Source of the DNA: the human T2T-CHM13v2.0 reference genome, Homo sapiens | NCBI RefSeq assembly: GCF_009914755.1 | Contig: NC_060938.1 | Direction: 5' to 3' (one strand) | DNA length: 64,000 nucleotides | Shown: positions 53,117-64,000 of the stretch, one piece after another | Numbering within the stretch: the stretch's first letter is position 1 | Layout: every line of letters begins with the position of its first letter | Notes under the pieces: model-generated | Told to the model about the DNA's origin: nothing | The model's input: only the letters and a program-made list of their open reading frames with translations | The model's database searches: none | Translations under genes and position numbers: made by a program

Positions 53117-56100
53117 ATGAAAACTAGACAGAAACATTCTCAGTACCTACTTTGTTATGTTTGCATTCAACTCACAGAGATGGACATACCTTTTCATAGA
53201 GCAGTTTTGGAAAACTCTTTTGGTAGAATATGCAAATGTATAATTGGAACGCTTTCAGGCCTCCGTTGGAAATGTGAATATCTTCAAATAAAAACTAGAC
53301 AAAAGCATTCTCAGAAACTTCTTTGTGATGTGGGCATTCACCTCACAGACTTGAACCTTTCTTTTCATAGAGCAGTCTTGAAACACTCTTTTTGAAGTAT
53401 CGGCAAGTGGACATTTGGAGAGCTTTGGGGCCTATGGTGAGAAAGAAAATATCTTCACATAAAAACCAGACAGAAGCATTCTGAGAAACTTCTTGTGCTG
53501 TTTGCATTCAACTCAAAAAGTTGAAAATACCTTTTCATAGAGGAGTTTTGAAACACTCTTTTTGTAGAATCTGCAAGTGGATATTTGGACTGTTTTTAGG
53601 TTTTCTTTGGAAACAGGAATATCTTTACATAAACACTAGACAGATGCATTCTCAGAAAGTTCTTTGTGATGTGTGCATTCAACTCACAGATTTGAACAGA
53701 CCTTGTCATAGAGCAGTTTTGAAACACTCGTTTCGTAGAATCTCCAAGTGGATATTTGGACTGCTTTGAGGCCTTCGTCGGAAACGGGAATATCTTCACA
53801 TAAGAACTAGACAGAAGAATTCTGGGAAATTTCTTTGTGATGTGTGCATCCAACTCACAGAGTTGAACCTTTCTGTTGATAGAGCAGTTTGGAAACACTC
53901 TTTTGGCAAAATCTGCAGAGTGGATATTTGTACTGCTTAGAGGCCTTCGTTGGAAACGGGAATGTCTCCACATAAAAACTAGACAGAAGCATTCTCAGAA
54001 ACTTCTTTGTGATCTGCACATTCAACACAAAGAGTTGAATCTTCCTTTTGATAGAGCAGTTTTTAAACACTCTTTTTGTAGAATCTGCAAGTGGACATTT
54101 GGAAAGCTTTGAGGCCTGTGGTGGAAAAGGAAATACCTTCACATAAAAACCAGATGGAAGCATTCTCAGAAACTTCTTTGTATTGTTTGCATTCAACCCA
54201 CAGAGTTGAACATACCTTTTCACAGAGCAGTTTTGAAACACTCTTTTTGTAGAATCTGCAAGTGGATATATGGAGTGCTTTGAGGCCTTCTTTGTAAACG
54301 GGAATATCTTCACATAAAAACTAGAGAGAAGCATTCTCAGAGCCTTCTTTGTGATGTGTGCATTCAACTCAAAGAGCTGAACCTTTCTTTTGATAGAGCT
54401 GTTTTGAAGCACTGTTTTTTTAGAATCTGCATGTGGAAATTTTCAGAGCTTCGAGGCCTGTGGTGGAGAAGGAAATATCTTCACATAAAAACTAGACAGA
54501 AGCATTCTCAGAAACTTGTTTGTGACGTTTGCATTCAACTCACAGAGTTGAACATACCTTTTCATAGAGCAGTTTTGAAACACTCTTTTCGTAGGATCTG
54601 CAAATGGATATTTGGACTGCTTTGAGGCCTTCGTTGGAAAGAGGAATATCTTCACATAAAAACTAGACGGAAGCATTCTCAGAAACTAATTTGTGATGTG
54701 TGAATTCAACTCACAGAGTTGAAGCTTTCTATTGATAGAGCAGTTTTGAAAAACCGTTTTTGTAGAATCTGCCAGTGGATATTTGGAGAGCTTGGAGGCC
54801 TACGGTGGAAAAGGAAATATCTTCACATAAAAACCAGACACAAAGATTCTCAGAAACTTCTTTGCGACATTTGCATTCAACTCACAGAGTTGAACACACC
54901 TTTTCATAGAGCAGTTTTGAAGCACTCTTTTCGTAGAATCTGCAAGTGTATATTTGGAATGCTTTGAGACCTTCATTGTAAACGAGAATATCTTCACATA
55001 AAAACGAGACAGAAGAATTCTCAGCAACTACTTTGTGATGATTGCATTCAACTCACTGTGTTAACCTTTATTTTGATAGGGCAGTTTTGAAACACTGTTT
55101 TTGTAGCATCTGCAAGTGGTCATTTGGAGAGCTTTGAGGCCTATGGTGGAAAAGGAAATATCTTCACATAAAAACAGGACAGAAGCATTTTCAGAATCTC
55201 CGCTGTGATGTTTGCATTGAACTCACAGAGTTGAACGTCCCCTTTCATAGAGCAGTTTTGAAACACTCTTCGTAGAATCTGCCAGTGGATATTTGGACTG
55301 ATTTGAGGCCTTTGTTGGACACGGGAATATCTTCATATAAAAACTAGAAAGAAGAATTCTCAGAAACTTCTTTGTGATGTGTGCATTCAACTCAGAGAGT
55401 TGAACTTTTCTTTTGATAGAGCAGTTTTGAAACAGACTTTTTGCAGAATCTGCAAGTGGACATTTGGGAAGCTTTGAGGCCTATGGTGGAAAATGATATA
55501 CCTTCACATACAAACCAGACAGAAGCATTTTCAGAAACTTCTTTGCGATGTTTGCATTCAACTCACAGTGTTAACCTTTATTTTCATAGAACATTTTTGA
55601 AACACTCTTTTTGTAGCATCTGCAAGTGGTCATTTGGAGAGCTTTGAGGCCTATGGTGGAAAAGGAAATATCTCCACATAAAAACTGGACAGAAGCATTC
55701 TCAGAATCTCCTCTGTGATGTTTGCATTCAACTCACAGAGTTGAACATACCTTTTCATAGAGCAGTTTTGATACACTCTTTTCGTAGAATCCACAAGTGG
55801 ATATTTGGACTGATTTGAGGCCTTTGTTGGAAACGGGAATACCTTCACATAAAATCTAGAAAGAAGAATTCTCAGAAACTTCTTTGTGATATGTGCATTC
55901 AACTCAGAGAGTTGAACTTTTCTTTTGATAGAGCAGTTTTGAAACAGACATTTTGTAGAATCTGCAAGTGGACATTTGGGAAGCTTTGAGGCCTATGGTG
56001 GAAAATGATATACCTTCACATAAAAAGAAGACAGAAGCATTTTCAGAAACTTCTTTGTGATGTTTGCATTCAACTCACAGAGATGAAATACCTTTTCATA

Positions 56101-56702
56101 GCGCAGTTTTGAAAAACTCTTTTCGTAGTATCTGCAAGGGGATATTTGGACTGCTTTGAGGCCTTCAGTGGAAACAGAAATATCTTAACATAAAAATTAG
56201 ACAGAAGCATTCTCAGAAACTTCTTTGTGATGAGGCCATTCAACTCACAGAGCTGAACCAGTCTTTTGAAGGAGCAGTTTGAAACATTCTTTTTGTAGAA
56301 TCTGCAAGTGCAAAGCCAAGAGAGCTTTGAGGCCTACAGTGGAAAAGGAAATATCTTCACATAAAAACTGGACAGAAGCATTCTCAAAAACATCTTTGTG
56401 ATATTTGCATTCAACTCACAGAGTTGAAAATAACTTTTCGTAGAGCAGTTTTGAAACACTCTTTTTGTAGAATCTGCAAGAGGATATTTGGACTGCTTTA
56501 AGGACCTCGTTGGAAACGGGAATATCTTCACATAAAAACTAGACAGAAGCATTCTCAGAAACACCTTTGTGATGTGGGCATTCAACTCAGAGAGTTGAAC
56601 CTTTCTTTTGATAGAGCAGTTTTGAAACACTGTTTTTATAGAATCTGCAAGTGGACATTTGGAGACTTTTGAAGCATATGGTGGAAATGGAAATACCTTC
56701 CC
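53117..56702 (+). repeat. Canonical 21-mer HOR period
   Basis: Marker spacing is 3,586 bp. Confidence 0.9.
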
Positions 56703-59700
56703 ATGAAAACTAGACAGAAACATTCTCAGTACCTACTTTGTTATGTTTGCATTCAACTCACAGAGATGGACATACCTTTTCATAGAGCAGTTTTGGAAAA
56801 CTCTTTTGGTAGAATATGCAAATGGATAATTGGAACGCTTTCAGGCCTTCGTTGGAAATGTGAATATCTTCAAATAAAAACTAGACAAAAGCATTCTCAG
56901 AAACTCCTTTGTGATGTGGGCATTCAACTCACAGACTTGAACCTTTCTTTTCATAGAGCAGTCTTGAAACACTCTTTTTGAAGAATCGGCAAGTGGACAT
57001 TTGGAGAGCTTTGAGGCCTATGGTGAGAAAGAAAATATCTTCACATAAAAACCAGACAGAAGCATTCTGAGAAACTTCTTTGTGCTGTTTGCATTCAACT
57101 CACAAAGTTGAAAATACCTTTTCATAGAGGAGTTTTGAAACACTCTTTTCGTAGAATCTGCAAGTGGATATTTGGACTGCTTTTAGGTTTTCTTTGGAAA
57201 CAGGAATATCTTTACATAAACACTAGACAAATGTATTCTCAGAAAGTTCTTTGTGATGTGTGCATTCAACTCACAGATTTGAACATACCTTGTCATAGAG
57301 CAGTTTTGAAACACTCGTTTCGTAGAATCTGCAAGTGGATATTTGGACTGCTTTGAGGCCTTCGTCGGAAACGGGAATATCTTCACATAAGAATTAGACA
57401 GAAGAATTCTGGGAAATTTCTTTGTGATGTGTGCATTCAACTCACAGAGTTGAACCTTTTTGTTGATAGAGCAGTTTGGAAACACTCTTTTGGCAAAATC
57501 TGCAGAGTGGATATTTGTACTGCTTAGAGGCCTTCGTTGGAAACGGGAATGTCTCCACATAAAAACTAGACAGAAGCATTCTCAGAAACTTCTTTGTGAT
57601 CTGCACATTCAACACAAAGAGTTGAATCTTCCTTTTGAGAGAGCAGTTTTTAAACACTCTTTTTGTAGAATCTGCAAGTGGACATTTGGAAAGCTTTGAG
57701 GCCTGTGGTGGAAAAGGAAATACCTTCACATAAAAACCAGATGGAAGCATTCTCAGAAACTTCTTTGTATTGTTTGCATTCAACCCACAGAGTTGAACAT
57801 ACCTTTTCACAGAGCAGTTTTGAAACACTCTTTTTGTAGAATCTGCAAGTGGATATATGGAGTGCTTTGAGGCCTTCTTTGTAAACGGGAATATCTTCAC
57901 ATAAAAACGAGAGAGAAGCATTCTCAGAGCCTTCTTTGTGATGTGTGCATTCAACTCACAGAGCTGAACCTTTCTTTTGATAGAGCTGTTTTGAAGCACT
58001 GTTTTTTTAGAATCTGCAAGTGGATATATGGAGTGCTTTGAGGCCTTCTTTGTAAACGGGAATATCTTCACATAAAAACTAGAGAGAAGCATTCTCAGAG
58101 CCTTCTTTGTGATGTGTGCATTCAACTCACAGAGCTGAACCTTTCTTTTGATAGAGCTGTTTTGAAGCACTGTTTTTTTAGAATCTGCATGTGGAAATTT
58201 TCAGAGCTTCGAGGCCTGTGGTGGAGAAGGAAATATCTTCACATAGAAACTAGACAGAAGCATTCTCAGAAATTTGTTTGTGACGTTTGCATTCAACTCA
58301 CAGAGTTGAACATACCTTTTCATAGAGCAGTTTTGAAACACTCTTTTCGTAGGATCTGCAAATGGATATTTGGACTGCTTTGAGGCCTTCGTTGGAAAGA
58401 GGAATATCTTCACATAAAAACTAGACGGAAGCATTCTCAGAAACTTCTTTGTGATGTGTGAATTCAACTCACAGAGTTGAAGCTTTCTATTGATAGAGCA
58501 GTTTTGAAAAACCGTTTTTGTAGAATCTGCCAGTGGATATTTGGAGAGCTTTGAGGCCTACGGTGGAAAAGGAAATATCTTCACATAAAAACCAGACACA
58601 AAGATTCTCAGAAACTTCTTTGTGACGTTTGCATTCAACTCACAGAGTTGAACACACCTTTTCATAGAGCAGTTTTGAAACAGTCTTTTCGTAGAATCTG
58701 CAAGTGTATATTTGGAATGCTTTGAGGCCTTCATTGTAAACGAGAATATCTTCACATAAAAACGAGACAGAAGCATTCTCAGCAACTACTTTGTGATGAT
58801 TGCATTCAACTCACTGTGTTAACCTTTATTTTGATAGGGCAGTTTGGAAACACTGTTTTTGTAGCATCTGCAAGTGGTCATTTGGAGAGCTTTGAGGCCT
58901 ATGGTGGAAAAGGAAATATCTTCACATAAAAACAGGACAGAAGCATTTTCAGAATCTCCGCTCTGATGTTTGCATGGAACTCACACAGTTGAACGTCCCT
59001 TTTCATAGAGCAGTTTTGAAACACTCTTCGTAGAATCTGCCAGTGGATATTTGGACTGATTTGAGGCCTTTGTTGGACACGGGAGTATCTTCATATAAAA
59101 ACTAGAAAGAAGAATTCTCAGAAACTTCTTTGTGATGTGTGCATTCAACTCAGAGAGTTGAACTTTTCTTTTGATAGAGCAGTTTTGCAACAGACTTTTT
59201 GCAGAATCTGCAAGTGGACATTTGGGAAGCTTTGAGGCCTATGGTGGAAAATGATATACCTTCACATAAAAACCAGACAGAAGCATTTTCAGAAACTTCT
59301 TTGCGATGTTTGCATTCAACTCACAGTGTTAACCTTTATTTTCATAGAACAGTTTTGAAACACTGTTTTTGTAGCATCTGCAAGTGGTCATTTGGAGAGC
59401 TTTGAGGCCTATGGTGGAAAAGGAAATATCTCCACATAAAAACTGGACAGAAGCATTCTCAGAATCTCCTCTGTGATGTTTGCATTCAACTCACAGAGTT
59501 GAACATACCTTTTCATAGAGCAGTTTTGAAACACTCTTTTCGTAGAATCCACAAGTGGATATTTGGACTGATTTGAGGCCTTTGTTGGAAACGGGAATAC
59601 CTTCACATAAAATCTAGAAAGAAGAATTCTCAGAAACTTCTTTGTGATATGTGCATTCAACTCAGAGAGTTGAACTTTTCTTTTCATAGAGCAGTTTTGA

Positions 59701-60460
59701 AACAGACTTTTTGTAGAATCTGCAAGTGGACATTTGGGAAGCTTTGAGGCCTATGGTGGAAAATGATATACCTTCACATAAAAAGAAGACAGAAGCATTT
59801 TCAGAAACGTCTTTGTGATGTTTGCATTCAACTCACAGAGATGAAATACCTTTTCATAGCGCAGTTTTGAAAAACTCTTTTCGTAGTATCTGCAAGGGGA
59901 TATTTGGACTGCTTTGAGGCCTTCAGTGGAAACAGAAATATCTTAACATAAAAATTAGACAGAAGCATTTTCAGAAACTTCTTTGTGATGAGGCCATTCA
60001 ACTCACAGAGCTGAAGCACTCTTTTGAAGGAGCAGTTTGAAACATTCTTTTTGTAGAATCTGCAAGTGCAAAGCCAAGAGAGCTTTGAGGCCTACAGTGG
60101 AAAAGGAAATATCTTCACATAAAAACTGGACAGAAGCATTCTCAAAAACATCTTTGTGATATTTGCATTCAACTCACAGAGTTGAAAATAACTTTTCGTA
60201 GAGCAGTTTTGAAACACTCTTTTTGTAGAATCTGCAAGAGGATATTTGGACTGCTTTAAGGACCTCGTTGGAAACGGGAATATCTTCACATAAAAACTAG
60301 ACAGAAGCATTCTCAGAAACACCTTTGTGATGTGGGCATTCAACTCAGAGAGTTGAACCTTTCTTTTGATAGAGCAGTTTTGAAACACTGTTTTTATAGA
60401 ATCTGCAAGTGGACATTTGGAGACTTTTGAAGCATATGGTGGAAATGGAAATACCTTCCC
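56703..60460 (+). repeat. 22-mer variant (extra m15/m14 hybrid)
   Basis: Period is 3,758 bp, with CAGAGCCTTC at ~57925 and ~58096. Confidence 0.88.
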
Positions 60461-63400
60461 ATGAAAACTAGACAGAAACATTCTCAGTACCTACTTTGTT
60501 ATGTTTGCATTCAACTCACAGAGATGGACATACCTTTTCCTAGAGCAGTTTTGGAAAACTCTTTTGGTAGAATATGCAAATGGATAATTGGAACGCTTTC
60601 AGGCCTTCGTTGGAAATGTGAATATCTTCAAATAAAAACTAGACAAAAGCATTCTCAGAAACTTCTTTGTGATGTGGGCATTCAACTCACAGGCTTGAAC
60701 CTTTCCTTTCATAGAGCAGTCTTGAAACACTCTTTTTGAAGAATCAGCAAGTGGACATTTGGAGAGCTTTGAGGCCTATGGTGAGAAAGAAAATATCTTC
60801 ACATAAAAACCAGACAGAAGCATTCTGAGAAACTTCTTTGTGCTGTTTGCATTCAACTCACAAAGTTGAAAATACCTTTTCATAGAGGAGTTTTGAAACA
60901 CTCTTTTCATAGAATCTGCAAGTGGATATTTGGACTGCTTTTAGGTTTTCTTTGGAAACAGGAATATCTTTACATAAACACTAGACAGATGCATTCTCAG
61001 AAAGCTCTTTGTGATGTGTGCATTCAACTCACAGATTTGAATATACCTTCTCATAGAGCAGTTTTGAAACACTCGTTTCGTAGAATCTGCAAGTGGATAT
61101 TTGGACTGCTTTGAGGCCTTCGTCGGAAACGGGAATATCTTCACATAAGAACTAGACAGAAGAATTCTGGGAAATTTCTTTGTGATGTGTGCATTCAACT
61201 CACAGAGTTGAACCTTTCTGTTGATAGAGCAGTTTGGAAACACTCTTTTCGCAAAATCTGCAAAGTGGATATTTGTACTGCTTAGAGGCCTTCGTTGGAA
61301 ACGGGAATATCTCCACATAAAAACTAGACAGAAGCATTCTCAGAAACTTCTTTGTGATCTGCACATTCAACACAAAGAGTTGAGTCTTCCTTTTGATAGA
61401 GCAGTTTTTAAACACTCTTTTTGTAGAATCTGCAAGTGGACATTTGGAAAGCTTTGAGGCCTGTGGTGGAAAAGGAAATACCTTCACATAAAAACCAGAT
61501 GGAAGCATTCTCAGAAACTTCTTTGTATTGTTTGCATTCAACCCACAGAGTTGAACATACCTTTTCACAGAGCAGTTTTGAAACACTCTTTTTGTAGAAT
61601 CTGTAAGTTGATATATGGAGTGCTTTGAGGCCTTCTTTGTAAACGGGAATATCTTCACATAAAAACTAGACAGAAGCATTCTCAGAAACTTGTTTGTGAC
61701 GTTTGCATTCAACTCACAGAGTTGAACATACCTTTTCATAGAGCAGTTTTGAAACACTCTTTTCGTAGGATCTGCAAATGGATATTTGGACTGCTTTGAG
61801 GCCTTCGTTGGAAAGAGGAATATCTTCACATAAAAACTAGACGGAAGCATTCTCAGAAACTTCTTTGTGATGTGTGAATTCAACTCACAGAGTTGAAGCT
61901 TTCTATTGATAGAGCAGTTTTGAAAAACCGTTTTTGTAGAATCTGCCAGTGGATATTTGGAGAGCTTGGAGGCCTACGGTGGAAAAGGAAATATCTTCAC
62001 ATAAAAACCAGACACAAAGATTCTCAGAAACTTCTTTGTGACGTTTGCATTCAACTCACAGAGTTGAACACACCTTTTCATAGAGCAGTTTTGAAACAGT
62101 CTTTTCGTAGAATCTGCAAGTGTATATTTGGAATGCTTTGAGGCCTTCATTGTAAACGAGAATATCTTCACATAAAAACGAGACAGAAGCATTCTCAGCA
62201 ACTACTTTGTGATGATTGCATTCAACTCACTGTGTTAACCTTTATTTTGATAGGGCAGTTTTGAAACACTGTTTTTGTAGCATCTGCAAGTGGTGATTTG
62301 GAGAGCTTTGAGGCCTATGGTGGAAAAGGAAATATCTTCACATAAAACAGGACAGAAACATTTTCAGAATCTCCGCTGTGATGTTTGCATTGAACTCACA
62401 GAGTTGAACGTCCCCTTTCATAGAGCAGTTTTGAAACACTTTTCGTAGAATCTGCCAGTGGATATTTGGACTGATTGGAGGCCTTTGTTGGACACGGGAA
62501 TATCTTCATATAAAAACTAGAAAGAAGAATTCTCAGAAACTTCTTTGTGATGTGTGCATTCAACTCAGAGAGTTGAACTTTTCTTTTGATAGAGCAGTTT
62601 TGAAACAGACTTTTTGCAGAATCTGCAAGTGGACATTTGGGAAGCTTTGAGGCCTATGGTGGAAAATGATATACCTTCACATAGAAACCAGACAGAAGCA
62701 TTTTCAGAAACTTCTTTGCGATGTTTGCATTCAACTCACAGTGTTAACCTTTATTTTCATAGAACAGTTTTGAAACACTGTTTTTGTAGCATCTGCAAGT
62801 GGTCATTTGGAGAGCTTTGAGGCCTATGGTGGAAAAGGAAATATCTCCACATAAAAACTGGACAGAAGCATTCTCAGAATCTCCTCTGTGATGTTTGCAT
62901 TCAACTCACAGAGTTGAACATACCTTTTCATAGAGCAGTTTTGAAACACTCTTTTCGTAGAATCCACAAGTGGATATTTGGACTGATTTGAGGCCTTTGT
63001 TGGAAACGGGAATACCTTCACATAAAATCTAGAAAGAAGAATTCTCAGAAACTTCTTTGTGATATGTGCATTCAACTCAGAGAGTTGAACTTTTCTTTTC
63101 ATAGAGCAGTTTTGAAACAGACTTTTTGTAGAATCTGCAAGTGGACATTTGGGAAGCTTTGAGGCCTATGGTGGAAAATGATATACTTTCACATAAAAAG
63201 AAGACAGAAGCATTTTCAGAAACTTCTTTGTGATGTTTGCATTCAACTCACAGAGATGAAATACCTTTTCATAGCGCAGTTTTGAAAAACTCTTTTCGTA
63301 GTATCTGCAAGGGGATATTTGGACTGCTTTGAGGCCTTCAGTGGAAACAGAAATATCTTAACATAAAAATTAGACAGAAGCATTCTCAGAAACTTCTTTG

Positions 63401-63875
63401 TGATGAGGCCATTCAACTCACAGAGCTGAAGCACTCTTTTGAAGGAGCAGTTTGAAACATTCTTTTTGTAGAATCTGCAAGTGCAAAGCCAAGAGAGCTT
63501 TGAGGCCTACAGTGGAAAAGGAAATATCTTCACATAAAAACTGGACAGAAGCATTCTCAAAAACATCTTTGTGATATTTGCATTCAACTCACAGAGTTGA
63601 AAATAACTTTTCGTAGAGCAGTTTTGAAACACTCTTTTTGTAGAATCTGCAAGAGGAGATTTGGACTGCTTTAAGGACCTCGTTGGAAACGGGAATATCT
63701 TCACATAAAATCTAGACAGAAGCATTCTCAGAAACACCTTTGTGATGTGGGCATTCAACTCAGAGAGTTGAACCTTTCTTTTGATAGAGCAGTTTTGAAA
63801 CACTGTTTTTATAGAATCTGCAAGTGGACATTTGGAGACTTTTGAAGCATATGGTGGAAATGGAAATACCTTCCC
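60461..63875 (+). repeat. 20-mer variant (m15 deleted)
   Basis: Period is 3,415 bp, with the same m14-to-m16 junction at ~61650-61700. Confidence 0.88.
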
Positions 63876-64000
63876 ATGAAAACTAGACAGAAACATTCTC
63901 AGTACCTACTTTGTTATGTTTGCATTCAACTCACAGAGATGGACATACCGTTTCATAGAGCAGTTTTGGAAAACTCTTTTGGTAGAATATGCAAATGGAT

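Larger units (their letters stand above)
1..64000 (+). repeat. Alpha satellite (alphoid) tandem array, ~171-bp monomers, head-to-tail, single orientation
   Basis: Alphoid consensus blocks (CATTCTCAGAAACTTCTTTGTGATGTGTGCATTCAACTCACAGAGTTGAAC; TTTTGATAGAGCAGTTTTGAAACACTCTTTTTGTAGAATCTGCAAGTGG; ATATCTTCACATAAAAACTAGACAGAAG) recur every ~171 bp across the entire window. Confidence 0.99.
5831..64000 (+). repeat. Alpha satellite HOR array, 21-mer base unit (~3,586 bp) with many structural variants; SF5-like (R1/R2-type) organisation
   Basis: The unique marker CCCATGAAAACTAG (ATG position) occurs at 7015, 10600, 14358, 18454, 21514, 25272, 29030, 32788, 36033, 37744, 39455, 43041, 46456, 50042, 53117, 56703, 60461 and 63876. 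Spacings of 3585, 3758, 4096, 3060, 3758, 3758, 3758, 3245, 1711, 1711, 3586, 3415, 3586, 3075, 3586, 3758 and 3415 correspond to 21, 22, 24, 18(-14 bp), 22, 22, 22, 19, 10, 10, 21, 20, 21, 18, 21, 22 and 20 monomers. The SF5 label is inferred from the irregular A/B order and near-consensus monomers. Confidence 0.95.

Noticed and set aside
83-63896. Hundreds of short ORFs on both strands, up to 252 aa (e.g. 11340-12098 minus, 22253-22981 minus)
   Set aside because: 171 bp equals 57 codons, so stop-poor frames stay in phase across monomers. The peptides are just translated alphoid repeats, their lengths track the monomer duplications, and there is no recognisable protein domain or gene structure.
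1-64000. CRISPR-like appearance (conserved blocks separated by variable segments)
   Set aside because: The variable segments are homologous to one another rather than unique spacers, the period is 171 bp, and no cas genes are present.
1-64000. L1/Alu/ERV insertions or strand inversions, common in pericentromeric alpha satellite
   Set aside because: No non-alphoid sequence, poly-A tail or orientation switch was seen on read-through.
5831-64000. Naming a specific chromosome, species or catalogued HOR
   Set aside because: This cannot be supported from memory. It needs BLAST or HMM classification against T2T human and ape centromere annotations, which would also show whether this 21-mer and its variants are already described.
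5831-64000. Active centromere (kinetochore) core
   Set aside because: Low CENP-B box density, SF5-like structure and an array-edge position argue against it, and activity is epigenetic and cannot be read from sequence.

Overview
The whole 64-kb window is uninterrupted, single-orientation primate (human or great-ape type) centromeric alpha satellite made of ~171-bp monomers. I see no genes, RNA genes, transposon insertions or CRISPR arrays; the ORF track is an artefact of a 57-codon-long repeat. Bases 1 to ~5.8 kb are divergent, monomeric-style alpha satellite. From ~5.83 kb to the end is a homogeneous higher-order repeat (HOR) array with a 21-monomer (~3,586 bp) base unit. It has irregular A-type (pJalpha) / B-type (CENP-B-box site) alternation, consistent with an SF5-like (R1/R2) array, and only 2 intact CENP-B boxes per unit. 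The 21-mer contains an internal 3-monomer duplication, so it probably derives from an 18-mer, and the array edge appears to preserve the pre-duplication state. The array is structurally very unstable: only 4 of 17 measurable periods are canonical 21-mers, and 10-, 18-, 19-, 20-, 22- and 24-mer variants occur. There is also one out-of-register deletion, a length-neutral template-switch patch, and shared-SNP mosaics at 3-35 kb offsets. Monomer labels m1-m21 are my own (m1 starts at 9423). All comparisons were made by eye, and the chromosome and species cannot be fixed without a search.
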